A stretch of 64,000 nucleotides of DNA from Spirochaetota bacterium (GTDB lineage: Bacteria > Spirochaetota > UBA4802 > UBA5550), in assembly GCA_963664815.2 (NCBI GenBank), contig CAXXHB010000003.1, positions 3,392,001 through 3,456,000 on the forward strand. Reading direction: 5' to 3'. Shown in pieces: positions 8,795 through 19,140 of the stretch. The notes under the pieces were generated by a model, which saw only the letters and a program-made list of their open reading frames with translations, was not told where the DNA came from and made no database searches. A program made the translations under genes and the position numbers. Position 1 is the stretch's first letter. Each line of letters opens with the position of its first letter.

Positions 8795-9829
8795 ATGCCG
8801 ATAAATTACAGTAAGAAAATATTTTCATTAGTCTTTATAATAATTTTAATATCTGCAGCTGATGCTGCTGTTTTCTACACTCCCTCGGAATACAGGGCTG
8901 TATATAACGAAAAAATCGCCCTTCAGCTTGAACTGAAAATGTTAAACCATCAGTACCAGAATGAAAAAAACAAATATGAAAGCACAATCAACGGGCTTCA
9001 GTCAGAGATTGATCAGCTTAAGAGAGATCTCGAACAGATGAAGTCATCCTGTGCAGATCAGAAAAAAGATTTTGAAAAAAAAATTGAAGAGCTTCAGAAT
9101 ATGATAAATCTTCTGAAAGATAAAGGTTCGGAAACAGAAAAAAATCTCATTGAAGGGAACAGGGTTCTTCAGAAAAGATGTGAAGATGACATGGGGCAGG
9201 CTAAAGAAAAATGTGATGCCGAGAGAGAAAAGCTGCAGAAAGAAATTGCTGATCTCAAATCGGATTATGAGAAAAAAATACTGTCTCTCAAAGATGAAAT
9301 AGCAAATCTGAATGAAGAACTTTCTGATTTGAAAAAACTTACGCAGAAACAGAAGGATGATCTCTCCAGGATGGGAAACCAGGCTTCCGAACTTGAAAAA
9401 CAGCTCGATGAAGAGATAAAAAAGGGTGATATAAGATTAAAAAAATTTCATAACAGGCTTGTAATAAATATTGATGACAGGATAAGTTTCGATTCAGGCT
9501 ATGCAAACCTGAAAAAAGAGGTTCTCCCTTCGCTGAAAAAAATCAGGGAAATTTTAGCCCAATACCCGGAGTACAATATTGTAGTTGAAGGGCATACTGA
9601 TAATATCCCTATGAGATCAAAGAGGTTCAGGGATAACTGGGAACTCTCGACAGAAAGGGCGCTCGCTGTTCTCGATTACCTCCTGCAGGATACGACATTA
9701 AATCCGGTGAGATTTTCCGCAGCGGGTTACGGAGAATACAGACCACTGGTCTCAAATGAGACAAAGGAAAACAGGTCTCTCAACAGGAGAGTGGACATCG
9801 TAGTAATCCCGGCAACTCCCGGCCAGTGA
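8795..9829 (+). CDS. OmpA/MotB-family peptidoglycan-binding protein with long coiled coil
   Basis: Signal peptide, heptad region, VEGHTDN, NWELSTERA, GYGEYRP, NRRVDI. Confidence 0.88.
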   Translation: MPINYSKKIFSLVFIIILISAADAAVFYTPSEYRAVYNEKIALQLELKMLNHQYQNEKNKYESTINGLQSEIDQLKRDLEQMKSSCADQKKDFEKKIEELQNMINLLKDKGSETEKNLIEGNRVLQKRCEDDMGQAKEKCDAEREKLQKEIADLKSDYEKKILSLKDEIANLNEELSDLKKLTQKQKDDLSRMGNQASELEKQLDEEIKKGDIRLKKFHNRLVINIDDRISFDSGYANLKKEVLPSLKKIREILAQYPEYNIVVEGHTDNIPMRSKRFRDNWELSTERALAVLDYLLQDTTLNPVRFSAAGYGEYRPLVSNETKENRSLNRRVDIVVIPATPGQ

Positions 9830-9914
9830 GAATAAATTTCATTAACCGTTTATTTTAGATATAAATCCTGTAAAAAATACTTTACAAATGTATAGTTTAA
9901 TGTAATTATTGATT

Positions 9915-11141
9915 ATGAAACGTTCAGGAACTGCAAATTTACCGCTGCATTACGGCAATGTTCCCAGATGGCTTGCCGACAGGATGAAAGGAATGGGAAG
10001 TGCCGTTTCCCTGGCCATTATCTATCAGTACGGCAGAGATGAATTTCTCAGGCGTATTTCCGATCCTTTCTGGTTTCAGGCATTCGGGGCCGTTATGGGA
10101 ATGGACTGGCACTCTTCAGGTATCACACCAAGTGTTATGGGAGCTTTAAGTAAAGGACTCAACCCGGTTTCACACGAAACAGGACTGTTCATTTTAGGCG
10201 GAAGAGGAAAACGGTCAAGAAACACCCCCGAAGAGATATCGGAAGTGTCAATGAAAACAGGACTCGATGGTGATAAACTTGTCCGCTGCTCAAAACTCTC
10301 AGCAAAAATTGACAACACATGTATCGATGACGGGTACCAGTTGTATATCCACAACTTTTTACTTACAAATGACGGGAAATGGGCAGTAGTACAGCAGGGG
10401 ATGAATAAAAATGATATCACCGCACGAAGATACCACTGGCTTTCAGATGATGTTAAATCCTTCGTGGATGACCCTCACTCCGCCATTGTGGGACGGAACG
10501 AAGGGGAGATACTTAACCTCAGCGATTCGCGCAGCAGACAGGCAAGGGATTCAATTGTGGAATTTCTCTCCCTCCACCCGGACAGTCAGCAGAGTGAGAT
10601 GAAATCACTCTTTTCGTCAGTTTATCAGTCACCAAGACACCTCGAAATGCCTGCCCGCCACCATGTTTCTTCTGCCGATGTAAACAGCAGAAGAATGGGA
10701 GCTGTTCTCGCCATGGCATATGAAAAACAGTTCACTGATTTTACAGATGCCCTTCTTTTAAACGGCGTGGGGCCGCGGACTATTCAGTCACTCGCTCTTG
10801 TTTCTGAAGTAATATACGGCGCCCCTGCAAGGTTTTCCGATCCTGCACGGTTCTCTTTTGCGCACGGGGGAAAGGATGGCCATCCTGCTCCTGTCCCGCT
10901 GAAGGTCTATGACCAGTCGATATCAGTACTTAAAAATGCCGTAAAAAAAGCAAAGATCGGCGAGAACGACAGACTCAATGCATTAAAAAAACTCGACGGC
11001 ATTACCCGGTATATTGAAAATAATCTTGAACCGGATGCCGACATTGACAAACTGATAATTCATGAAAGAAAAATATCAAGATCACTCGGAGGAAGAACCG
11101 TTTTCGATAAAGGTAAAGATATACAGCTTGAACTTTTTTAG
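9915..11141 (+). CDS. DUF763-family protein
   Basis: LPLHYG, SDPFWFQAFGAVMGMDWHSSG, WAVVQQGMN, ARRYHW, FAHGGKDG. Confidence 0.9.
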   Translation: MKRSGTANLPLHYGNVPRWLADRMKGMGSAVSLAIIYQYGRDEFLRRISDPFWFQAFGAVMGMDWHSSGITPSVMGALSKGLNPVSHETGLFILGGRGKRSRNTPEEISEVSMKTGLDGDKLVRCSKLSAKIDNTCIDDGYQLYIHNFLLTNDGKWAVVQQGMNKNDITARRYHWLSDDVKSFVDDPHSAIVGRNEGEILNLSDSRSRQARDSIVEFLSLHPDSQQSEMKSLFSSVYQSPRHLEMPARHHVSSADVNSRRMGAVLAMAYEKQFTDFTDALLLNGVGPRTIQSLALVSEVIYGAPARFSDPARFSFAHGGKDGHPAPVPLKVYDQSISVLKNAVKKAKIGENDRLNALKKLDGITRYIENNLEPDADIDKLIIHERKISRSLGGRTVFDKGKDIQLELF

Positions 11142-11242
11142 TTTTGAATCTTCCCCTTTGTAATCCGAAAATTCTGATAAAACATAATTTACCTGAGCTA
11201 CAGCATTTTACGGAATAATCAGGCCTTGTCATTATTAAACTG

Positions 11243-12175
11243 TTATCTTACAAAATCTTCCGGATCAAGTGCCTGGCTCCCCTTTCTTATTTCAAAGTGA
11301 AGGTGAGGTCCGGTTGATTTACCGGTACTACCCACATTTCCGATAAGCTGACCCTTGCTGACCTTAATGCCGCCGGATACGAGAATTTTTGACAGATGTC
11401 CATAGTAAGTAGCCATATCATTACCATGTTTGATGACAATAAGATTCCCATAACCGTTTTTTTTAAATTCTGCATCTATAACTGATCCGCTCTCTGCAGC
11501 ATACACAGGTGTACCCAGCGGTGCAGCTATATCTATCCCCTTATGAAAGGAGTTTCTTCTTTTTGAGACAGGGTCGATCCTTTTCCCGAACCTGCTGGAG
11601 ATCCTGCCGGAAGCCGGCATAATCATATTCCAGTCAGTTCTCCCGGTATCGCTGTCAATCTTTGCAGGTATATCTTCAGATACAAACGCTCCGAATGCCC
11701 ATCCCTCGTCTCCGTTTTCCTTTTTAACAAGCAGCCATGGTGCAGTCATGTTTTTTATCGTATCAGTTTTATCTGACTGAAAGATTATCTGAACTTTTTC
11801 CCTGAACTTCAGTTTACCTACAATTTCACTGTCAGATCTATCCTCTGAACGCATATTGAGAGATTCTGTATTTACATACCCGTAGATTTTAGGCGGGATA
11901 ACGCCGGTATAATGAAAGTCTTCCGTGCTCTTTATTCCGGTTATTTCACTTTTTTCAACTGGAATTCCGAGTTTTACATTACCATCTGAAATTTTCCCGC
12001 TGCTATCTTCAAGAAAAGCACTCAACTCCTTTAATATGGCGTCACGGTTTTTTATATCAAGATTATGCTGATCTTCCACTTTTTTTCTATGACTCCCTGC
12101 AAGCTTATTTGCAGGCAAAACATCTGTAACCGCTGCAGCCAGAATTAAAAAGACAATAACCTCTATTTTTTTCAT
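11243..12175 (-). CDS. SH3-domain M23 metallopeptidase (cell-wall endopeptidase)
   Basis: LNMRS..GW SH3b; HKGID, YGHL, TGPHLHFE; start MKKIEV after GGAG. Confidence 0.9.
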   Translation of the reverse strand: MKKIEVIVFLILAAAVTDVLPANKLAGSHRKKVEDQHNLDIKNRDAILKELSAFLEDSSGKISDGNVKLGIPVEKSEITGIKSTEDFHYTGVIPPKIYGYVNTESLNMRSEDRSDSEIVGKLKFREKVQIIFQSDKTDTIKNMTAPWLLVKKENGDEGWAFGAFVSEDIPAKIDSDTGRTDWNMIMPASGRISSRFGKRIDPVSKRRNSFHKGIDIAAPLGTPVYAAESGSVIDAEFKKNGYGNLIVIKHGNDMATYYGHLSKILVSGGIKVSKGQLIGNVGSTGKSTGPHLHFEIRKGSQALDPEDFVR

Positions 12176-12471
12176 ACTGATTCTCCGATTAATTGGTATT
12201 ACTATTTTCGGCATTTCAATATTTTATTACAGGTATAATAAATTTCCCGGTATAAAAATCACATCTCTCTTCTGATGATTTTAATTTTTTGTTTGATTTT
12301 ATTCCGGCTATAATTCAATGTTTCTGAATTCACAGGGAACAATTATGATGTCTGGAAGGTCTAAATTTAAATGTTTTATACTTCGTCAGAATCAGGGAAA
12401 ATCCTGTTTTATTTAGTATATTCTGTTAAATATAAATAATTAAACTTTTGTAATAGGTAAAGGCAAGAAAA

Positions 12472-14058
12472 ATGTTTAAAGCCATTAAAGAATTTCTGCT
12501 GTGGGGAAGAGAAAAATTTCCTGATACATATTCCGGTGAGTTACATTACCAGAGTAATCTTATCGTTGTCCCTGCGGCTTTTATCTGCCTTTTCGCGTGG
12601 CTTGGGTATGTTAAAACGGACGGTGCAATATACCCGGACAAGCCTCTCCTTATATATTCAAGATACGGCCTGACTCTCTTTTCTTTTATAATACTGGCCC
12701 TGCAGTTTGTTCCATACCTTAAACAGCGGAGCATGTTTCTGCTTGCCGCCCTCGGATTTTATCTTGAAATAAGCACCGGCGTACTGACGGGTGTTACCGG
12801 AGCAGATCCGGTTTATGTTGCCGGATACTTTTTTATTCTGATCCTGATAATTGTTGCCCCGATATATAAATCCATTCTCTGGATTATGTCAGCCCTGTCC
12901 GTTACTTCATTTGCCATCATCGGTTTAATCCATGGTATGGAGTTTACAACTCAGAGGCAGAAATACACCATGAATGATTTTACTCTGGTAGTTATTTTCA
13001 GCTGGAGTTTTATCTATGTCCTTGACAGAATGAGATATTCAAGCTGGAAAAAATCAAGCGAACTGAAGAAGAACAGGGAGAAGATTGAGATTGAAAAGAA
13101 CAGGATAACCGAAATAATGGGTGAAGCTAAATCCCTGATTGAACATGTTACCGAAACTACCGATTATCTCAGCAAATTTACAGCCGAGATTGATTCTTCA
13201 ATAGAAAAACAATTTCCAGTAATTGAAAAAACCATGGCATCATCGACAAGCGTAATTGAATCATTCGACCTGATCAGTTCCCATACTCTGGGTCAGGAGG
13301 ATTTTAACCGTAACGGGAAGCTGCTCATTGTAAAACTGAAGGATGAGTTCAAAGAAACTCTCTCCTCAAGCGACGCTGTTCAGAAAGATGCTTCAGAAAT
13401 CGGCGTCCTGGCAGAAAAATGTCAGAATAAGCTCGGCAATGCATCAACAACCATTACTACACTTAAAGATGAATCCTCTAAAATAGCTGAGATATCAAAG
13501 ACAATAGACGAGATTGCAGATAAAACTGCTCTTCTGTCCCTTAATGCATCAATAGAATCGGCAAGAGCGGGAGAGCACGGACGCGGCTTTGCAGTTGTGG
13601 CAGATGAAATTTCGAAACTTGCTGACGGAAGTATGCGTTCAGCTAAAGAGATCAGTGATATAATAAAGATGTCTGTAACACGTATTATTGAAGCATCCGA
13701 CCAGGTTTTTGAAACAGCGGATATACTTAAAGAAATAATTCTTATCATGAACAATAATACCGTTTTTATTAACGCCCTGAAAAACATGATCAAGGATCTC
13801 GGACAGAATCTCCAGAATCTTATGGAGTATTTTGATCTTTCTGTTAAGTACACCCAGATGATAGGAGAGCTGACAGAGAAGAACAGTGAGGAGATCAGCA
13901 CCTACCAGACCATGATAAAAAACATAGAATCATTTTATTCAGGTCTGAACAAAATGAGTGAAAAATTAACAGACGTATCATCAAACGTCAATGCCGAAAT
14001 TTTCAAACTCGAAGAGATCCTTAAAGGCTCTGAAGATTTAAGTTCTGTAAAAAATTAA
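12472..14058 (+). CDS. Methyl-accepting chemotaxis protein with multi-TM N-terminus
   Basis: [31 protein letters not shown] signalling hairpin. Confidence 0.92.
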   Translation: MFKAIKEFLLWGREKFPDTYSGELHYQSNLIVVPAAFICLFAWLGYVKTDGAIYPDKPLLIYSRYGLTLFSFIILALQFVPYLKQRSMFLLAALGFYLEISTGVLTGVTGADPVYVAGYFFILILIIVAPIYKSILWIMSALSVTSFAIIGLIHGMEFTTQRQKYTMNDFTLVVIFSWSFIYVLDRMRYSSWKKSSELKKNREKIEIEKNRITEIMGEAKSLIEHVTETTDYLSKFTAEIDSSIEKQFPVIEKTMASSTSVIESFDLISSHTLGQEDFNRNGKLLIVKLKDEFKETLSSSDAVQKDASEIGVLAEKCQNKLGNASTTITTLKDESSKIAEISKTIDEIADKTALLSLNASIESARAGEHGRGFAVVADEISKLADGSMRSAKEISDIIKMSVTRIIEASDQVFETADILKEIILIMNNNTVFINALKNMIKDLGQNLQNLMEYFDLSVKYTQMIGELTEKNSEEISTYQTMIKNIESFYSGLNKMSEKLTDVSSNVNAEIFKLEEILKGSEDLSSVKN

Positions 14059-14118
14059 TCAGATACCTCCATTCAGTATTTTTCAGCCGAAATTAAAAAA
14101 TCCCGTTTACATATCCAG

Positions 14119-14142
14119 ACCTGGATCAATCCAGGTTTTTTT
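14119..14142 (+). terminator. Intrinsic terminator after the MCP gene
   Basis: acctgga-tcaa-tccaggt followed by a T-run. Confidence 0.7.
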
Positions 14143-14235
14143 GTCTGATAGAAAATTTTTGGTTGAAAAAGCAATGCTATAAATAATTGATTTTACAGAA
14201 TAATTTTTTTAAATGATTTTATCGGGGAAGCAATT

Positions 14236-15510
14236 ATGAAAATTTTTAAATTCGGAGGAGCATCTGTCAAAGACGCCGATTCCGTGAAAAATGTGGCAAA
14301 TGTCCTCAACCTTTACAATAATGATAAAATAGCAGTTGTTGTCTCTGCCATGGGAAAGATGACAAACGCGCTTGAAAGAGTTCTTCACGCATATTATTAC
14401 GGTACGGGAAAAATAGATGAGGAATTCTGCAATATAAAGGAATACCATATGAGTATTGTTTATGTCCTTTTCCCGGATGAAAAAAATCAGATATTCTCCG
14501 AGCTGGAGAATATTTTTTCACTTCTGAGGACAAGACTATCTCTTCCGAATTCCGAAAACTTTGATTATGAATACGACCAGATTGTCTCTGTTGGCGAAAT
14601 AATCTCCTCTAAAATTCTCAGTGCATACCTTAATACTACCGGAATTGCAAACAGATGGATTGATGCCAGATCCGTAATCAGAACAGATAACACCTACAGA
14701 GATGCCAGAATTGACTGGGAGAAAACAGTTGAACTCGTTAACGATTCAATGAATTTCCATAAAGAAAGAGTCTATGTTACGCAGGGATTTATAGGATCAA
14801 CTGCAGAGAATATCACAACAACTCTTGGCCGAGAGGGATCTGATTTTTCCGCGGCAATTCTGGCATACAGCCTTGAAGCTGAAAAAGTTGCAATATGGAA
14901 GGATGTTCCGGGAGTCCTCAACGCCGATCCGAAATACTTTGACGATACGGTAAAACTCGATCAGCTTTCATACCATGACGCCATTGAACTCGCATATTAC
15001 GGAGCCAGCGTAATTCATCCTAAAACCATCAAACCCCTTCAGAACAAAAGAATTCCTCTGTGGGTAAAATCCTTCCTCAATCCGAAAGAAAAGGGGACTG
15101 TAATTCAAAACGACAAAGACGGACTGCAGATACCATCATTCATCTTTAAAATGAACCAGGTGCTTATTACCATATCAGCCAGGGACTTTTCTTTTATAGC
15201 AGAACAGAATCTCGGAGATATCTTCCACGAGCTTTCGCGCCTCAGGGTTAGAATCAATGTTATGCAGAATACCGCCCTCAGCTTTTCAATATGCGTAGAC
15301 TGGGATGACAGAAAAATACCTGAACTTATTAAATCACTGGAATCTGAATATATGATAAAATACAACAGGGGACTTGAACTTGTTACTATAAGGCATTATG
15401 ACCAGGAGACTATCGGGCGTGTAACTGTAAACAAGGAGATTCTTCTCGAAGAAAAAACAAGAAACACAATTCAGATGGTTATGAGAGATTCAGATAAGGC
15501 ACTGGAATAA
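14236..15510 (+). CDS. lysC: Aspartate kinase
   Basis: KFGGAS, VVVSAMGKMT, TLGREGSDFSA, KDVPGVLNADP, GASVIHPKT. Confidence 0.93.
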   Translation: MKIFKFGGASVKDADSVKNVANVLNLYNNDKIAVVVSAMGKMTNALERVLHAYYYGTGKIDEEFCNIKEYHMSIVYVLFPDEKNQIFSELENIFSLLRTRLSLPNSENFDYEYDQIVSVGEIISSKILSAYLNTTGIANRWIDARSVIRTDNTYRDARIDWEKTVELVNDSMNFHKERVYVTQGFIGSTAENITTTLGREGSDFSAAILAYSLEAEKVAIWKDVPGVLNADPKYFDDTVKLDQLSYHDAIELAYYGASVIHPKTIKPLQNKRIPLWVKSFLNPKEKGTVIQNDKDGLQIPSFIFKMNQVLITISARDFSFIAEQNLGDIFHELSRLRVRINVMQNTALSFSICVDWDDRKIPELIKSLESEYMIKYNRGLELVTIRHYDQETIGRVTVNKEILLEEKTRNTIQMVMRDSDKALE

Positions 15511-15513
15511 GCC

Positions 15514-15548
15514 CCTTTCCTGTTCTCCACCGGGGAGAACAGGAAAGG
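15514..15548. terminator. 15-bp stem hairpin between convergent lysC and acyl-CoA dehydrogenase
   Basis: cctttcctgttctcc-accgg-ggagaacaggaaagg. Confidence 0.75.
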
Positions 15549-15561
15549 ATTTTGTATTTCA

Positions 15562-17367
15562 TCAATCCGCAAAAATACCCGCATCAACCCCTGCTGTAAG
15601 TATTTCCTCATCAAGAAGAATACCGGAAATAGTTTCCACCTTAGGGAGTTCATATTTGAAAAAAAACTTCATTGTATGAACTTTTGAATTATAGAATGAG
15701 TTAAGTGCAGGATCATCGCATCCTCTGTTCTGTTTATCAGCACAAACCGCCTGCATGAGCCACTGCCAGCCTATCGAAAGAATCCCCGCCATTTCCAGGT
15801 AGAGTGTTGCATCAGCAAGAAAAACCTCCATATTGCCCAGAGCGGCTATCTGAAGAAGTTTTGCCGTTGTATTCTGAAAAACGGAAACCATATTATCAAG
15901 CTTCAGTGCATACTTTTTAAGAATTTCAGATTTTTCAGCTTCACCAATTGTTGTCTTTATCTCATTTATGAAAAGTTCAAATGCACGTCCCTTCTTCATA
16001 ATGGTCTTTCTGCCGAGAAGATCCTGCCCCTGAATTGTCGATGTCCCTTCATGGATCGGGTGTATCCTGGAGTCGCGGAAAAAAAGTTCAACGTTAAAAT
16101 CCTCACAGTAACCATAGCCTCCGAGGATCTGAATCCCGGAACTTGTAGAGAGAACTCCGTATTCCGACGCGTAACTTTTCACAATCGGAGTAAGGAACTC
16201 AAGCAGAAGGGTGTACTTCTCCACATCCTCCGGAGGGGACACTTGTTTAAGGTCGATATACATCCCCACCTGCAGAGCAAGCGACAGTGAACCCTCAGAC
16301 ACAGCCTTCTGGAATAGAAGCATTCGCTTTATATCAGGGTGATTTATTATTGCACACTGCGGGTCAAGCGGATTTTTACTGTTAAGCGGTCTTCCCTGGG
16401 GCCTCTCCCCGGCGTATTTCAGTGAATCATAATATGCCGCGGACGCTATTCCGGCCGCGCCCAGTCCCACATTAATCCTCTCCTCGTTCATCATCTCAAA
16501 CATATATCCAAGACCCTTGTTCTCTTCGCCGACAAGCCATCCTCGGCAGTCACCATTTTCCCCCATTGAGAGCTGCGTGATCGGTGACCCCCTGTACCCC
16601 AGTTTATGTTCTATCCCGGCGCAGGTAACATCATTGAATACAAGACCCCCTTTACCGTCACCACGGTATTTAGGGACGACAAAAAGAGAAATCCCCTTAA
16701 CCCCGGCCGGCGCACCTTCAACTTTTGCAAGCATAAGGTTTACAATATTATCCGCGCAGTCATGAGTACCGGCAGAGATAAATATCTTCTGCCCCTTTAT
16801 GCTATAGTACCCCTCGCCTGTCGGAACCGCCTTTGTCTTTATATCGGAAAGCGAGCTTCCCGCTTCAGGCTCCGTGAGGGCCATAGTGCCCTGCCACTCG
16901 CCTGAGAACATCTTCGGTATGTAATACTTTTTCAGTTCGGGTGAACCGAATGAAATAATAAGGTTAGACGCACCGGAGTTGAGCTGTGAATATACCCCCA
17001 TCGAGTAATTAGCAGCCCCGTAAATGTAATAGATCGCGGCCATTACAGAGTAAGGCAATTGCTGCCCCCCCTCTTCAAAGGAGAAATGCGCCGATATGAG
17101 ACCTATTTCCCCGCATTTTTTCAAAACAGTCCGTACAAGAGGATGAACATGCACCTGGCCTTCTTTATATACAGGGGGATTCTTATCCATCTCTCTCAGG
17201 TATGGCCTGAAATAATCCACTGCCAGTTTTGTGGCTGTACCAAGAACCATATCGAGAGCTTCCTTGTTATATTCGTCAAAATATTCATGTTTCGATAAAT
17301 TCTGAATTTCAAGCATTTCAAACAGCAGAAAATTCATTGTCTGCCGGCTGATAAATTTTTCCTCCAT
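15562..17367 (-). CDS. Acyl-CoA dehydrogenase (about 600 aa type)
   Basis: GTMALTEPEAGS, GQKIFIS, IEHKLG, QILGGYGY, IHEGTS. Confidence 0.93.
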   Translation of the reverse strand: MEEKFISRQTMNFLLFEMLEIQNLSKHEYFDEYNKEALDMVLGTATKLAVDYFRPYLREMDKNPPVYKEGQVHVHPLVRTVLKKCGEIGLISAHFSFEEGGQQLPYSVMAAIYYIYGAANYSMGVYSQLNSGASNLIISFGSPELKKYYIPKMFSGEWQGTMALTEPEAGSSLSDIKTKAVPTGEGYYSIKGQKIFISAGTHDCADNIVNLMLAKVEGAPAGVKGISLFVVPKYRGDGKGGLVFNDVTCAGIEHKLGYRGSPITQLSMGENGDCRGWLVGEENKGLGYMFEMMNEERINVGLGAAGIASAAYYDSLKYAGERPQGRPLNSKNPLDPQCAIINHPDIKRMLLFQKAVSEGSLSLALQVGMYIDLKQVSPPEDVEKYTLLLEFLTPIVKSYASEYGVLSTSSGIQILGGYGYCEDFNVELFFRDSRIHPIHEGTSTIQGQDLLGRKTIMKKGRAFELFINEIKTTIGEAEKSEILKKYALKLDNMVSVFQNTTAKLLQIAALGNMEVFLADATLYLEMAGILSIGWQWLMQAVCADKQNRGCDDPALNSFYNSKVHTMKFFFKYELPKVETISGILLDEEILTAGVDAGIFAD

Positions 17368-17657
17368 ATTCTCCCCCTGGAATGTTTTAATTTGTATTCT
17401 ATGGTATAATGTCTGCAGAAAAAATGCAAACTAAATTCTATTTGCCTTAAAATGATTTCAGCCTCTGTCTGATTATCACTATAAAATGACAATATTCAGT
17501 TCTTAACTTATTCAGCAGGTTGCTATAATCCATATAATCTGTTTAATAAAAGTACACAACACACGCATCTGCTGAAACGACAGAGACGGCTTAAATTTAT
17601 CACTGACAACTAGTGGTATTTTTTTCTGTTATAAAAATGTCTGTTTGTTAAAAAAAT

Positions 17658-17685
17658 GGAACTATTTAAAGATAATATGGGTTAA
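17658..17685 (+). promoter_or_regulatory. ECF-type promoter GGAAC-N17-GGTTAA upstream of the TolC-family gene
   Basis: Same motif and spacing as 22310..22337, both preceded by AAAAAAT. Confidence 0.65.
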
Positions 17686-17748
17686 ATTATAATTAAATAA
17701 GAAGACTGACTTATTCAAAACTCATCATTAAAATTCAGAAAAGCGGAA

Positions 17749-19134
17749 ATGAAAATGATTATTATTAAAAAATATATACTCACATTACTTTTCATTATAA
17801 TGTTTATATCAGACCTCTATTCAGTAACAAATTACGATTCTGAATCACAGTTATTAAGAGCATCCAGTGGAATCAATGAGGATGACATAAAGATAGTAAA
17901 CGGCAAAACGGAACTGTCTCTATTCGATACATTCGCAAAGGCAGTATATAATACTGAACGCCTTAAAATAGTTGGCGAGTCTTACTTTCAGGCAAAGGCA
18001 CGGAAAGATCAGGCTTTTGGAGCCTTTCTCCCGTATATATCTCTTCAGGGGATGTATGTACTTCCCACATCTTTAACAGGATCCTCCCCTGCCGGTTTCA
18101 GCGGCACAAATACAGGCATCAGCGTCTATGCACGCCAGAATATACTGACGGGACTGAATGAATGGGGTAATTATAAAGGAGCCGGAGAGGATATGAATCA
18201 CAGCCGCACACAGATGATCAGCAATGCCAGCATTCTCCTTCTTGATGTAAGCAGCGCATTTTATAACACTCTTACATTTGATCATGCACTCAGTAATAGT
18301 GTTGAGATACTTAACCTTTATAACAGAATGAGGGAGGAGCAGAAAAGACGGGTAAACCTTGGCAGGAGCAGACCCAGCGATCTCCTCAGAATTGATACTC
18401 AGATTTTTCAGCTTGAAGCGCAGATAAAGGAAACAAAAAACCAGCTTGACAGCGCAAAACTCACACTTGCCACCCTGGCCGGGATAACCGGCAACTTTAA
18501 AATTGAAGACAGGCACAACCTGCCTGATCTGGCAGATATTATATCTCACGCTGATGAATATGCAGCAAAAAGAATAGATGTAAAAGCGGCTAAAGAGGAT
18601 CTTGAACGCGCCGATACAAGACTTACTGCAGCAATGGGGGGATATCTTCCCAATATTTATGCACAGGGTGCTTACAGCCTTGCCAGCAGAAGTAAAAGCG
18701 GCAATGACTATTATGCGGGACTCGGAGTTGAACTCCCTATATTTTCAGGGGGGATTGTTAATGGAAAAATAAGAGAGGCTGAATCTGTTAAAAAACAGGC
18801 AGAACTGGCTTTATCAACCGTCCGGAGAACGGCTCTGCAGGATATTGTAAATGCTGCAAAGAGTTATGAATCATCAAGAAACGAAATTGATGCATTCAAA
18901 AAAGCACTCAATGCCGCTCAGCGCAACTATCAGTCCGTAACAGAAGATTACCGCAGGGACAGGGTTACAATACTTGATGTTCTCACATCCCTGACAACGC
19001 TGCAGTCTGCAAAAAATGACTATGAAAAAGCCGGGCTAAAATGCAGGTTCAACCGCATCTGGCTTGGTGTGGCCATCTCTGAATTCAATGGCGACAACAT
19101 TCATCTTCTCAATAATATAAAAAATGGAGACTAA
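17749..19134 (+). CDS. TolC-family outer-membrane efflux channel
   Basis: Two OEP repeats (FLPYISL / YLPNIYA, ELPIFSGG), signal peptide. Confidence 0.9.
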   Translation: MKMIIIKKYILTLLFIIMFISDLYSVTNYDSESQLLRASSGINEDDIKIVNGKTELSLFDTFAKAVYNTERLKIVGESYFQAKARKDQAFGAFLPYISLQGMYVLPTSLTGSSPAGFSGTNTGISVYARQNILTGLNEWGNYKGAGEDMNHSRTQMISNASILLLDVSSAFYNTLTFDHALSNSVEILNLYNRMREEQKRRVNLGRSRPSDLLRIDTQIFQLEAQIKETKNQLDSAKLTLATLAGITGNFKIEDRHNLPDLADIISHADEYAAKRIDVKAAKEDLERADTRLTAAMGGYLPNIYAQGAYSLASRSKSGNDYYAGLGVELPIFSGGIVNGKIREAESVKKQAELALSTVRRTALQDIVNAAKSYESSRNEIDAFKKALNAAQRNYQSVTEDYRRDRVTILDVLTSLTTLQSAKNDYEKAGLKCRFNRIWLGVAISEFNGDNIHLLNNIKNGD

Positions 19135-19140
19135 CAGGCA

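Noticed and set aside
9869-9886. TGTAA-N8-TTACA upstream of DUF763 as a fifth Rrf2 operator
   Set aside because: The spacer is 8, not 9, and it lacks the GTT flank shared by the four clustered copies; AT-rich background
14059-14235. Lysine riboswitch before lysC (also checked before lysA)
   Set aside because: The leaders are short and AT-rich, with no recognisable L-box conserved blocks
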